In this document: one piece after another, positions 20,401 to 29,903 of the stretch
Layout: each line of letters begins with the position of its first letter
Numbering within the stretch: position 1 is the stretch's first letter
Virus record (IMG/VR): IMGVR_UViG_3300036770_003943
Span: 124,001 to 188,000 of that record
DNA: 64,000 nt
Reading direction: 5' to 3' (one strand)
Translations under genes and position numbers: made by a program
Notes under the pieces: model-generated
What the model was told of the DNA's origin: nothing
Database searches by the model: none
Seen by the model: only the letters and a program-made list of their open reading frames with translations

Positions 20401-23400
20401 GGGACAGGACTACGATTTTATCAGTGAAGGTAACTATTATACCGCAATTGAATTTGATGCTTCATTGGATGGAAATACAGTTAAAGTTTTACAATGGAAC
20501 AAAGACTTTGACAGTCAGATTCCTGCTAGCTTGGCTAAAATTGGATTAGCGCCTATTTACAGACCCGAAATATATTTAGATACAACCAATGGTTATCGAT
20601 ATCTAGTAAGACATGACGGCACACGCTATTATCTAGAAGATGGTGTTGATGTGAACAATTATCCATCCAATCTTGTTGAACAATACTTATTTGAATATGA
20701 AAAAGCAGTGTTCAGCAGCATTGCTTATGATATTGAGAACAATGGTTTTACTAATTTAATAACCAGTATGCCGGGATATTTTAGAACTAAAGATAAGCTC
20801 TATAATGCTGCCAGACAAACTGTTATAAACGAATTTAGAAAATGGCAATTAGAAAATAACATTTATACAATGCCTAATACAACCTATGACAGCGGGGATG
20901 ACTTTACTAAAATTTATCAATTGGGAACCGGAGACGATGACAGTGTAATAATAGGCTCATGGAGATTAATTTATAAATTCTTATACGATACAGATAGACC
21001 TCATAGTCATCCATGGGAAATGATGGGCTATACTATCAAACCAATTTGGTGGGATACGCATTACAATTGGACAGACAGCACTAAGCGCAGCAATTTGATT
21101 CGAGCCCTTAGAGTTGGTAATTTTACTGAACCTACTAACAAATTAGTAAATCCGGATTTAAGCAGAATCAGAGATATTACTGTTCCTGAAACTTTTCCAG
21201 TAGACACATTAGGTAATCTTTTACCTCCTACTAGTTTGTCTTGGCTGCCTGCCATTGAATTAGATAGTGATACCATGTGGAGTCCGGGCAACTACGGTCC
21301 GTATGAACAAGTATTTTCTAATACCAATCATGGTCTAGCAGCATGGTCGAGACAGTTATTTTTATTGAATCCAACACAGTATGTCAATAATAATTGGGTA
21401 CCTGGTCAAATTAAATCTAATGCTTGGGGACAACGTATAGACATATCAACTGGATTTTGGAATCAAGGTACTATTAATCACTATTATCATAGACAGTTAG
21501 TTACAGGACAGGACACTGACATACCTCTTAATAGTGAAGAATGGGGCGGTGCTTTAGTAGTTGAAGGCGAATTAGCTTCAGGTGTTGTTAGTCCTTTATT
21601 TTCTGCTGAAGTTACGCCAATTTACACTCCAATGGAACCTACCATACTAAATGGGTACTATGTTGATGGTAGTGTATCTGAAAATGTAATTAGAGATCTC
21701 AATGTAGAAGTTAGTGTATATACTGCAGGCATTGAAAGTCTCATGGTTGAATTTTGTGTATTGTATAATAAAGATTATGCTACTGAAATTATCAGCAAGT
21801 TTAATAATCTTGTTGTAAACAAAGAATTTTTACTCAATGGGTTTACTAATAAAGATAATGTAAGAATTGAAAGTACTAGTATAAACAGTCAAAGGCAAAC
21901 ATTGTTTGTTCCTGAAGAAAGTTATAGTGTACGGACGGTTAAACATTATCCTCACAAAGAAATGTTTTTCTCCGGCATAAGAATTATTTGGGATGGTAAT
22001 GAATATAGTTTAAATGGCTTTGCCAACGAATATGGATTATTTCCGTATTTTAGTCCATCACCAACATCACCAACAGCTACAAGACAAATAGGAGAATCGA
22101 GTATCAAGGAAAAGCTGTATTACAATACTAGTTCGATTAATTATATTCCTTACGGTGCTAGTTTTACTAATAGACAAGAAATTTATGATTTCTTAATAGG
22201 CTACGGAAAGTATTTAGAAAATCAAGGATTTGAGTTTAATGAAGTTGAAGGCTCGGACATAAGAAATTGGCAGTTAAGTGCTAAACAGTTTATATTTTGG
22301 AGTAATGATTTACTTGCTCCTGGAAACTATATTGACCTTAATCCTTTCGCTGACGTTATTCAATTAGTTAATCAACCCGGCCAATTGGAAAATCTTGAGG
22401 GGACTAACGAAAATGTCGGTCAAATTGTGAATAGATCAAATCGAGCTTTATTTGGCAAAGACTTATTGGTTTCTCGCAATGATGATTATATTACTATCAG
22501 GCCGAAGCTAAAAGAAAACAGCATATATGGTATCAAGTTAACCTTTGTCGTATACGAAACTGTGGTACACTTAGATAGTACAAGTATTTTCAATGACAAC
22601 TATTTTGTACCAAGCCAAAGCACCAGTAAAAGAAGTTTTGTTATTGGTGGTAAACGTAGCCAAGATTGGTCAGGAAGATACTTTGTTCCTGGTTATGTTT
22701 TCAACGGCGCAAATTTATTACCGAACTATGACAGTATGTCGGAAGTGGGTCGTAATTTACTTGATATTGAAAATGTTGTTTTCGACCAAACTATTCTTGG
22801 TGCCAGTAGAAATCAATTTGGTCTAAATAGAAATAGTGAACTAAGACAGCTATTCTTAGAAGAAGACAACGAAATATTGTTTAAAAACAGTATAACTTAT
22901 AATAAAGGTACAGTACAGGTATTCAATAGTCTGAATCCATTGACACATAAAGATGGTAGTAGTACTCGCGCCTATGAAGAATATATGGTACGCACCGGCG
23001 AAGTTGGTAATACCAAAAATATAGAGTATTTTGAGTTTGAATTATACAACGACGATATTACAGAAAATAATCAAGTAATTAAGTTTATTTCTGATGGAGA
23101 CACTGAGGTTAGTAATAGAATATTGTATGTTAAAGATAGCAGCGAACGCTGGGTTCATAAGCCAATTAATGTCGATCTACGATTTAATACATATTCCGGT
23201 CAATTAGCTGCCTTAGATAAAAATAGCCCTATAATTGAAGGCGATACTACACTAATAGTTGATAATCTAGATCAGCTATCAAAAATATATGATAAGTTTG
23301 TAGATTTATGGAGTATTCCAGCTTATAGCGCTACAATTAGCTATAAAACCAATGACCAAGTAAGAATCAATGGTAGACTTTATTATGCTATAACCACTGT

Positions 23401-26053
23401 TAGTCCAAATACATGGACTAACAACAGTGATAAATTTACTGAAATTGGAGAACCTAGTTTGCCTAATATCTTTGTCAAGGACTACACAATTAAAAATCCT
23501 GATATTAGTCTAACCGGATCTGGTATATGTGATCCAGGTACTTGGGCTGGAACTTGGCAAGTCCTACAAACGACTGATAGGAATGTTGCTATAACTGAAA
23601 TATGTCCAGGAATTGATGACACTAACCGTGCTAGAGTAACTTGTAATAAGGAACATAAATTAACCATTGGTGATTATGTCTTACTCATTAATGCAGATGG
23701 AGACAGTACTAGCGCAAACGGTATTTGGCGTGTAACTGGTTTGGAAACAGGCAACGCTACACAATTTTATATTGATACAAGAATAGTAAACAACATAACC
23801 AGTGGAAAACTGTTTACTTTTAAGCCCGTACGATTCCGAAACCTTACAGAACTAAACTTAGCTACTGGAAGTTCAGCTGACACGTATGGCTATAGCTGGA
23901 AAAAGAAATATAATCCTTTTACTAATGCCAAAGGAGATACTGTAATTCCTCAAATTAGTACACCTAGCGGATACAACAATACTTGGCCAATAGCCATAAT
24001 ACAAGATACCGCACAGTGTGGTTACTATAGAGTCTATGTAGTCTATACTCAAGGGACGAGTGTAAACAAAGCTATAGCTAAAGAAGACAGTGCTATAGTA
24101 GATCCAAGTAATATTGAACATCTTATCATATATGATTATGCTGCTAATATGACTTTGGCTAAGGTTGAATTATATGATCCAAAAAAACTATATCTACCTC
24201 AGGTGTTAAAAGATGATATAGATATTATAGGTCGTGTAGACCCAGCACGATATAATAGAACTAGCGATCCAAATAAGAGCGTGTATACTAGTCTAGGATG
24301 GTATGAAGAATTTGTAGGACGCCGTTGGTGGGATACTAGCACTATGATTTACAATGATTACGATCATGGACCTGATTTAACTAAAGCACAGTACTGGGGC
24401 ACAGTAATTGAAAACACCACCGCTGATGTTTATGAATGGACTAAGAGCACAGTACACCCCAGTCAGTGGCAAAAACTAGTAGCACAAGGTACAGAAGTAT
24501 TCGGAGAAACTGCCAGCGGTACAGCCTATGTTGAACGTGTACAAGGCGTAGATTATTACCATTGGGTGGAAGAAGTAGATTATCTAAACGGACGTAATTT
24601 TATTGTTTACTATTTTTGGGTAAAAGATAAAAATATTATACCAGTTGAAAGTAAACATAAAAGAATTTATAGCACTGGTCAATTAGGAAACGCTCTAATT
24701 AATCCAAGTAGTATTGGATTGCCATGGTACGCTCCTATAGGCACTGATGCTATTGTAGTAAAAGGCATCAAGCAGTATTTAAACAACTCTAGCACAGTGG
24801 TTCAAATTAAGAAAAAAATCAAAGGCAATGATAAGCATCACCAGTGGGTGTTTGTCAGTGAAGAAAATACTGCCGAAACTATTCCGCAATGGCTACATGT
24901 TAGACTACGAGACAGTATAGCAGGACAAATTGTCTATAATAGAACAGCAGCTTACACTAATTACTCAGCGACAGAAATTTATAGTCAAGGTAGTATTGTC
25001 AAGTACTCGGGAAATTTTTATGGCTGTAAAGTTAATATGACTTCGCCAGCTGGATCATTCAACCTTAGCCAATGGCAATTATTGACTGCTGTATATGAAA
25101 TGACTGGATCATTGATAGGTACTATCGACATAGAAGTCACAGATCCTCTGCGTGTATATTTTAAAGTTAGTAAAAGTGTGCCAAATTTAGTTGACCTACA
25201 TCCTTATAATAGACTAGGAAATACTGTACGTCCTTACATACAAAGTTGGTTCATGGATGTGCTAGAAGCTAGACGTACTATGATCAAACGGTTAAATGAA
25301 ATCATGATCAATATTGACTTGATTAGTCAACCAAATTGGGGGCTAACTGCTTTAAACAATGCTATGTATGCCATTGACGGAGAAACTTTAGATATGACTA
25401 CTTTTTGGTCTTATTCAGATTATCGAAGTGAAGACTATGATTCTGGCATTGTAGTAGGTTATTCTGTTTCAACATTACCTGAAATGTATACGCTGCCAGC
25501 TGTTGCGGGCAGCTATATTAGAGTTAATTCTGGCATGACTGAATATACCATATATGAAAAAATAGCAGACGGTAGTTACAAGGTAGTATACAGAAAAAAT
25601 GGTACAGTACAGTTTAGTGAACTACTATACAGTAACTTAGGTTACAGTGGATGGGATACAGCAGTTTGGGATAGTACACGAATTACTTGGGATTTTAATT
25701 TAAATTCTGTATTTTTTGTATTACTAAATTCTTTAAGAACAGAAATATTCATTGGTCGATATCAAAAATATTATAGCAGTATAATGTGTACTATGCTAAG
25801 ATATGTTCTCAGTGAACAGGTTAATGTTGATTGGTTGACTAAATCCAGTACTATTGAACCAATTAATCTAGCCGGCAGCAATTTGGCTAATAGAGATACT
25901 TTAACTAGAGATGAGATTACTGTATTAAGCACATTTTATACCAGTGTTAAAAGTTTCAGAGATAAACTTCGTGGAGGCACAGTAAATAAATCCAGTGAAG
26001 AAAATGCTGATTTTGACATAACAGAAACACTAACTATCACAGATATTACATAA
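17447..26053 (+). CDS. Very large virion structural protein (2868 aa), probable gp7-like baseplate wedge component
   Basis: Directly follows gp6; Trp/Asp motifs (WDSEVWD, GWDTAVWD); two CBM5/12-like segments; no intein signature recognised. Confidence 0.6.
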   Translation: MSRQVRKPAEQQATKVKNINLLPAVLATDPNKKMLDSTVDLMTSKGQLIPFRETFGLRTASNKTTEFFRQETDPVRKESTGNISLISKSSTDEYLGKASYLDIENYLRVKGCELTDGVLLDKNINVLDLPINSSKLTDYHFYYWVPNTLPYCRLHFTEASGGGNKFSIINDLLYKPFATIVDDLTGRPLTLHTGMVVYFTGFIDTAYKTTDLDNPLLYYVIGVGESINLIAVSSFDRRIPYAYKVKRNWDSDDSLNFPPPINWDSEVWDGSEIIAGEPEYIVQDRYSSNANHWQMTDNWYHISVIRTVATFLNISAGEIAKAQYKATRPIISFFRGTKLYNWPNTQISEVKSLLPGQLSDYTGQVNLQDQYGYTFVNNDRVVFENTSGVYAISNVSTGATFTLIVNSSNLDGVLVTANSSIQFYRCIYKNSKWIFAQNKLSKNQTPLYEFYVSDGTHLESFNETNYRGGIILGYKEGSVTDTVLDIDIEISSIDFDLIDETNSSAISPNQIKFITDIDKEFHYYDSVSGEKLAIVGPYGYRYNSRIVPFYQPRSGLDFTKQIQDLVYEQSETTTWSAEITPPAQGFDRIHIFHDSQSNLKFYFEIQGYGLIRFSSRRGVHIFEQVLPLISGGRVEIVCHDLPFAVTFFRSDLVNNLTRPIAIGSPYVLNNGITNGVIELDLSLTIDPGSGSVYNIIGAEDTRLFIRYGSSTWKTAIVKNINNWNFIQNVFFKDDSNPLYNEYDFTIGDVYDNTGSLSYNSKIIEDSGIRKKLNDKEKICVKSIIEYPIAKTAPLSLTRNPLNEKLSTINYFSIYQHATDVKANSTNIRKYVDPELILTTSSLGGGTLIKHNDPISKFAIMTTNMPFDFGDVIIKQGKHYDLFLNKLKFELANIINSTTLSSLSSLDVLSLAIARIYRSMTNSTGFWRHSNMLGWGEQTGNYVEQLHVISSSSRTCYLWDKLLPIPHRAGKELLTHIIYDNKILLRGQDYDFISEGNYYTAIEFDASLDGNTVKVLQWNKDFDSQIPASLAKIGLAPIYRPEIYLDTTNGYRYLVRHDGTRYYLEDGVDVNNYPSNLVEQYLFEYEKAVFSSIAYDIENNGFTNLITSMPGYFRTKDKLYNAARQTVINEFRKWQLENNIYTMPNTTYDSGDDFTKIYQLGTGDDDSVIIGSWRLIYKFLYDTDRPHSHPWEMMGYTIKPIWWDTHYNWTDSTKRSNLIRALRVGNFTEPTNKLVNPDLSRIRDITVPETFPVDTLGNLLPPTSLSWLPAIELDSDTMWSPGNYGPYEQVFSNTNHGLAAWSRQLFLLNPTQYVNNNWVPGQIKSNAWGQRIDISTGFWNQGTINHYYHRQLVTGQDTDIPLNSEEWGGALVVEGELASGVVSPLFSAEVTPIYTPMEPTILNGYYVDGSVSENVIRDLNVEVSVYTAGIESLMVEFCVLYNKDYATEIISKFNNLVVNKEFLLNGFTNKDNVRIESTSINSQRQTLFVPEESYSVRTVKHYPHKEMFFSGIRIIWDGNEYSLNGFANEYGLFPYFSPSPTSPTATRQIGESSIKEKLYYNTSSINYIPYGASFTNRQEIYDFLIGYGKYLENQGFEFNEVEGSDIRNWQLSAKQFIFWSNDLLAPGNYIDLNPFADVIQLVNQPGQLENLEGTNENVGQIVNRSNRALFGKDLLVSRNDDYITIRPKLKENSIYGIKLTFVVYETVVHLDSTSIFNDNYFVPSQSTSKRSFVIGGKRSQDWSGRYFVPGYVFNGANLLPNYDSMSEVGRNLLDIENVVFDQTILGASRNQFGLNRNSELRQLFLEEDNEILFKNSITYNKGTVQVFNSLNPLTHKDGSSTRAYEEYMVRTGEVGNTKNIEYFEFELYNDDITENNQVIKFISDGDTEVSNRILYVKDSSERWVHKPINVDLRFNTYSGQLAALDKNSPIIEGDTTLIVDNLDQLSKIYDKFVDLWSIPAYSATISYKTNDQVRINGRLYYAITTVSPNTWTNNSDKFTEIGEPSLPNIFVKDYTIKNPDISLTGSGICDPGTWAGTWQVLQTTDRNVAITEICPGIDDTNRARVTCNKEHKLTIGDYVLLINADGDSTSANGIWRVTGLETGNATQFYIDTRIVNNITSGKLFTFKPVRFRNLTELNLATGSSADTYGYSWKKKYNPFTNAKGDTVIPQISTPSGYNNTWPIAIIQDTAQCGYYRVYVVYTQGTSVNKAIAKEDSAIVDPSNIEHLIIYDYAANMTLAKVELYDPKKLYLPQVLKDDIDIIGRVDPARYNRTSDPNKSVYTSLGWYEEFVGRRWWDTSTMIYNDYDHGPDLTKAQYWGTVIENTTADVYEWTKSTVHPSQWQKLVAQGTEVFGETASGTAYVERVQGVDYYHWVEEVDYLNGRNFIVYYFWVKDKNIIPVESKHKRIYSTGQLGNALINPSSIGLPWYAPIGTDAIVVKGIKQYLNNSSTVVQIKKKIKGNDKHHQWVFVSEENTAETIPQWLHVRLRDSIAGQIVYNRTAAYTNYSATEIYSQGSIVKYSGNFYGCKVNMTSPAGSFNLSQWQLLTAVYEMTGSLIGTIDIEVTDPLRVYFKVSKSVPNLVDLHPYNRLGNTVRPYIQSWFMDVLEARRTMIKRLNEIMINIDLISQPNWGLTALNNAMYAIDGETLDMTTFWSYSDYRSEDYDSGIVVGYSVSTLPEMYTLPAVAGSYIRVNSGMTEYTIYEKIADGSYKVVYRKNGTVQFSELLYSNLGYSGWDTAVWDSTRITWDFNLNSVFFVLLNSLRTEIFIGRYQKYYSSIMCTMLRYVLSEQVNVDWLTKSSTIEPINLAGSNLANRDTLTRDEITVLSTFYTSVKSFRDKLRGGTVNKSSEENADFDITETLTITDIT

Positions 26054-26075
26054 AACACAAACTTAATAATACGAG

Positions 26076-26081
26076 TAAATA
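26076..26081 (+). promoter_or_regulatory. Putative late promoter (TAAATA)
   Basis: Motif in the short intergenic gap before a structural gene. Confidence 0.45.
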
Positions 26082-26098
26082 ATGTATAAGGATAAATC

Positions 26099-26680
26099 AT
26101 GCCACAAACAATGAACCTATCAATTGAAGGACATGTCAAAATTGTTGATCTAACAGCAAATCGAGTGTTATTCGAAGGGCATAACGCCATCAACTCTGAA
26201 ACAATGAGTATAGTTATTGCCAACATGTTGAAAGGAAACCTAAGTAATTACATCAGCGAATTACATATTGGCAATGGCGGCACAGTAATCGACGAAGACG
26301 GTAATATCACATATAAGGATGTTGTTGAAAACTTAGAATTAGGGACCCTAGCTGAGTTGTATAATCCATTATACTATAAGATAGTAGATGAATTAGATAC
26401 TGCTGCCAATGATGATCCAACACGTAATTTCTTGTCAGTTGTTCATAGTGAGGGTCTTAGCTATACAGATTTGACAATTACCTGTACCTTGGAAGAAGAT
26501 CAGCCCAGTTTACCAGGTAGCAGTGCAGGCGAAGTAATATTCAATGAACTAGGATTAAAAAATCGCAATCGTACAGGCCTAAACTCGGGATATTTACTTA
26601 GTCATGTAGTATTTGAGCCAGTTACTAAGAATGCTGGTAGAGTTGTTCAAATTGTTTATACTCTACGAATACGGTTATAG
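26099..26680 (+). CDS. Virion structural protein (baseplate/fibre-junction type)
   Basis: EGHVKI.D...H.NAI, G.GG and 'FNELGLK...LLSHVVF.PV.K...R..QI.YTLRI' pattern seen in myophage baseplate regions. Confidence 0.55.
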   Translation: MPQTMNLSIEGHVKIVDLTANRVLFEGHNAINSETMSIVIANMLKGNLSNYISELHIGNGGTVIDEDGNITYKDVVENLELGTLAELYNPLYYKIVDELDTAANDDPTRNFLSVVHSEGLSYTDLTITCTLEEDQPSLPGSSAGEVIFNELGLKNRNRTGLNSGYLLSHVVFEPVTKNAGRVVQIVYTLRIRL

Positions 26681-26687
26681 CTTGAAC

Positions 26688-26693
26688 TAAATA
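26688..26693 (+). promoter_or_regulatory. Putative late promoter (TAAATA)
   Basis: Intergenic, followed by an AAGGA SD and the fibre gene. Confidence 0.5.
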
Positions 26694-26714
26694 TAACATA
26701 AAGGAATTGAGCAG

Positions 26715-27641
26715 ATGGCATATGATGTAACTAAAACAGATGGAACTAGACTAACCATAGTCGCAGATCGTACCATAGATACAACTAGTCCTATCAAATT
26801 AGTCGGTAAAAACTACGCAGGCTACGGAGAAATAATGGCTGAAAATCTAGTTCAATTATTAGAAAATTTCAGTAATCCCTCGGCACCTGCTAACCCTATA
26901 ATAGGACAATTATGGTATAACAGCAGTCTTGGTATTTTAGGTGTGTATACTTCGGGCGGGTGGGCACCTATAGGCGGCCTGGGCATAATTGGCGGCAGCG
27001 TAACAGGATTCAGCACTGCTACTATTAAAGATACTGGTGGAGTATTTCATCAGGCTATAAAAATTCGTGTTAACAGTGTCAATGTTGCTATTATTAGCAG
27101 CGATGCAGGAACCTACACACCGGCATTGGAAACAGGATTACAAAGTGCTTTCCCTACCATTGGACAAGGTATTAATTTAAATCAAAGCGGTACTGCTGAT
27201 GTAGGCGAAGAAGCAGGTGGAAACTTTAAAATCCGTGGACGAGCAGTAGAAGCTGAATTTGCTGATATGGCAGAAATTTACCTAAGCGACACGGAGTTGG
27301 TTCCAGGAAATCTAGTTAAACTAGGTGGCCAAGCAGAGATTACTAAAACTGAATGCGAATTCGATGATGAAATTTTTGGAGTGATCAGTACAGCTCCAGG
27401 ATTTTTGTTAAACGCTAAAGAAAAATTTACTGAACTAGCTTATCCAGTAGCTCTTAAAGGTCGTGTTCCTTGTTTGGTCACAGGCCCAGTTAAAAAAGGT
27501 GAGCGCATTGTAGCCAGCAGTATACCAGGTGTTGGTATGGCAGCTGAACGTTATGATCCTCGAGCAATTATTGGTAGAGCGATTTCAGCAAAAGCACATC
27601 AGGGCCTGGGCACTATTGAATTAGCAGTAGGTAATAAATGA
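26715..27641 (+). CDS. Tail-fibre-type protein with C-terminal intramolecular-chaperone (Peptidase G2/S74-like) domain
   Basis: N-terminal LVGKNYAGYGE...ENLVQLLENF..P.NP..GQLWY; C-terminal ADMAE.Y..D....PG..V..GG..EIT...GVIST.PG...PVALKGRVPC. Confidence 0.7.
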   Translation: MAYDVTKTDGTRLTIVADRTIDTTSPIKLVGKNYAGYGEIMAENLVQLLENFSNPSAPANPIIGQLWYNSSLGILGVYTSGGWAPIGGLGIIGGSVTGFSTATIKDTGGVFHQAIKIRVNSVNVAIISSDAGTYTPALETGLQSAFPTIGQGINLNQSGTADVGEEAGGNFKIRGRAVEAEFADMAEIYLSDTELVPGNLVKLGGQAEITKTECEFDDEIFGVISTAPGFLLNAKEKFTELAYPVALKGRVPCLVTGPVKKGERIVASSIPGVGMAAERYDPRAIIGRAISAKAHQGLGTIELAVGNK

Positions 27642-28609
27642 CCATTGGTGTTGGTAAAAAGGTTTCGGCCAGCGATTTTAATTCATTGGTAATTCAGACC
27701 AATAAGATTTTCTCCGATAATTATCCTAACGTAGTCCCCCCTACAAATACTACAGAAAAGAATAATCAAAGTTTTGGATGGGGAAATTCGGAAGCTAATA
27801 TCATTACAGCAGGGCAAAAAATTACAGCCGCATCAATGAATCAATTGGTACATAGGCTAAACATAGCCAGTGATCATACTGGTGGAGTATATGAGCTTAC
27901 TCCAGTAATACAAGGACAAAAAATTACAGCGGCAATTTGGACAGATGTTCAAACAGTAATAGCATCAGTCACTCCAAACAAAAATTTGGCAGGATCAGGA
28001 CAAACAGCTCTAACTACACTAGGCTCATTGACTAGAGTTGGTAGTTTTAGCACCACATTAACCTACACTGTAAATATTGATTTTGCTGATTATGATCGTG
28101 CTAGATATTTCTTTAATAGCGGCAGTGAAATTAGATTAAGCCTTAGTAAAACTGGAGGAGGTACTACTGATAATGATTGGCAGTCAGTCTATAATCGATT
28201 TGGTGTAGTAAAGCTAGGCGTAGCCAATACCTTAAGCACCAGCTCTAATGTAATTAGTGAAGGCAAAGGTTTTCTCGATCTTAACAGTTCGGAACAGTTG
28301 TTGCTTACTTGTAATGCGGTAGCTGGGGGTTACGGTTATGGCTATGGCTATGGCTACGGTTATGGCTACGGTTACTATGGTTCAGCTAGAAATATTAAAG
28401 TATACGGCAGAATTATAGCTACGGGTGTAAACTATGTCACTGGCCCGGTTAGATTAATCATGAGAACTACTCTTTCAACACTGGATACAGCTACAGCAAC
28501 AGGAACTCATGTGCTTAGTATCGTTAGCAACAAGGCCACTAATAAAACACAAGGTGGTGTCACATTCAGTATAACTCAACCAACATATTCAGGCAGTGTA
28601 GCTGTTTAA
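27638..28609 (+). CDS. Virion structural/fibre-associated protein with a (Gly-Tyr)8 insertion
   Basis: Repeated 'GQKITAA' motif, RYFFNSGSEIR block; contains GG(YG)7YYG. Confidence 0.6.
   Translation: MTIGVGKKVSASDFNSLVIQTNKIFSDNYPNVVPPTNTTEKNNQSFGWGNSEANIITAGQKITAASMNQLVHRLNIASDHTGGVYELTPVIQGQKITAAIWTDVQTVIASVTPNKNLAGSGQTALTTLGSLTRVGSFSTTLTYTVNIDFADYDRARYFFNSGSEIRLSLSKTGGGTTDNDWQSVYNRFGVVKLGVANTLSTSSNVISEGKGFLDLNSSEQLLLTCNAVAGGYGYGYGYGYGYGYGYYGSARNIKVYGRIIATGVNYVTGPVRLIMRTTLSTLDTATATGTHVLSIVSNKATNKTQGGVTFSITQPTYSGSVAV
28328..28381 (+). repeat. In-frame 6-nt tandem repeat GGYTAY x8, encoding (Gly-Tyr)8-Tyr-Gly
   Basis: GGT TAC GGT TAT GGC TAT GGC TAT GGC TAC GGT TAT GGC TAC GGT TAC TAT GGT; units vary only at synonymous positions. 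Confidence 0.95.
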
Positions 28610-28625
28610 TTGCGTTTTACTATCA

Positions 28626-28631
28626 TAAATA
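28626..28631 (+). promoter_or_regulatory. Putative late promoter heading the GT/radical-SAM cluster
   Basis: TAAATA, then AAACTAGTATATAAT and a GGAG SD before ATG 28661. Confidence 0.55.
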
Positions 28632-28660
28632 GATTAAACTAGTATATAATGGAGTTCTGA

Positions 28661-29014
28661 ATGGATGACAAGCTAAAAGCAGCTTTGGAATTTAGTAACT
28701 ATAGACTTACGCTAAACAATCAAAAACAAAACCTTAAGCAACGTATGATAACCATGTTAACCATTGGTTATGCCAGTGCGTTGTTTACAGCTCGTCCTGA
28801 GCTTATTGTATTTGTCAAACAGTTAGTAGACTCAAATGTAGAAAAATTTGTTCTATTAGATGATAATGATAATCCTGTTTTGATCAGTGACTTAGCGGAT
28901 TTTCATAGTAAATTAATCAGTGCTTATTCCGAAGCTATGAATGAATATTACACCGAATCACAAAATCTAAAAAAACACCGCGACACAAAAAGTTTAATTG
29001 GAATAAATGGCTAA
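28661..29014 (+). CDS. Hypothetical protein, possibly fibre-assembly chaperone-like
   Basis: 117-aa helical ORF with SD; first gene of the cluster. Confidence 0.65.
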   Translation: MDDKLKAALEFSNYRLTLNNQKQNLKQRMITMLTIGYASALFTARPELIVFVKQLVDSNVEKFVLLDDNDNPVLISDLADFHSKLISAYSEAMNEYYTESQNLKKHRDTKSLIGING

Positions 29015-29903
29015 CATGGACAAGGGTGTTTTATTGATTGCCTATAATAATGACTATATTGCCTACGAAAAGTTAGCAGCATTAGCAGCGAGATCTGTCA
29101 AACAAAATATGTTGGTTAATCATGTTACATTGCTAACAGATACTCCTACTTTTGCTGCGGTCAAGAGAGAATTCAGTGAATCGGAAATACTAGACACATT
29201 TGATCATATTATTGTAGAAGATATAAAACATGAACCAAACAGTCGAGCTCATAGAGATAGCCCATGGTACGAATTTTTAACACAGTTTAATAACAAAAAC
29301 AAACACAGCATATTTGAAAAAAGTCCGTATCGTCAAACTTTAATGATCGATGTTGATTATTTTATCGGCAATAATAGCTTAGACGCAGTATTCGACACTG
29401 ACTACGAACTAGCCATGTACAAAGACGCAATCAGTGTAAGAAACTATCAGCCTAGAATCTGGGAACGAAAGCTTCAACCGAATGGAATTGATATGTGGTG
29501 GAGTACCGTGATATATTGGCGCAATGATAGTGAAACTGCTCGATTATTTTTTGATTTGTGGCAACATGTCAAAGAAAACTATCAATACTATAAATGGGTA
29601 TACAAATTTCCAGGCGCTTTATTCAGAACAGACTATGCTGTTAGCATAGCCAGTCATATCTTAAACGGTCAAATTGGCCACGGACTGATACAAGAATTAC
29701 CAGGCCGTACTATGCGGTTCAGTGAACAAATTGATGATATTGTGGAGTTTTCTAGCTTGAATGACTATGTTTTACTTTGTCCTGATCCAAAAGAATTATG
29801 GAAAAATATTTGTAGCCGAATACGTAGAGAAAACGTACATTTAATGAACAAAATGGCCATACTCAGGCACTATCATAAATTAAAAGAACTAGCTTATGAA
29901 TGA
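29007..29903 (+). CDS. Nucleotide-diphospho-sugar transferase (GT-A fold, GT8-like)
   Basis: GVLLIAYN start, SPY..TLMIDVDY (DxD), WSTVIYW, RTDYAVSIA.H. Confidence 0.65.
   Translation: MANMDKGVLLIAYNNDYIAYEKLAALAARSVKQNMLVNHVTLLTDTPTFAAVKREFSESEILDTFDHIIVEDIKHEPNSRAHRDSPWYEFLTQFNNKNKHSIFEKSPYRQTLMIDVDYFIGNNSLDAVFDTDYELAMYKDAISVRNYQPRIWERKLQPNGIDMWWSTVIYWRNDSETARLFFDLWQHVKENYQYYKWVYKFPGALFRTDYAVSIASHILNGQIGHGLIQELPGRTMRFSEQIDDIVEFSSLNDYVLLCPDPKELWKNICSRIRRENVHLMNKMAILRHYHKLKELAYE

Noticed and set aside
14007-26053. Inteins or stop-codon recoding explaining the very long structural ORFs
   Set aside because: No C/S...HN splice-junction or LAGLIDADG motifs were recognised. Genes throughout are full length in the standard code, and TAG, TGA and TAA all end genes.
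28328-28381. GY tract as a phase-variable microsatellite
   Set aside because: The unit is 6 nt (in frame) and interrupted by synonymous changes, so slippage would not switch the gene on or off.
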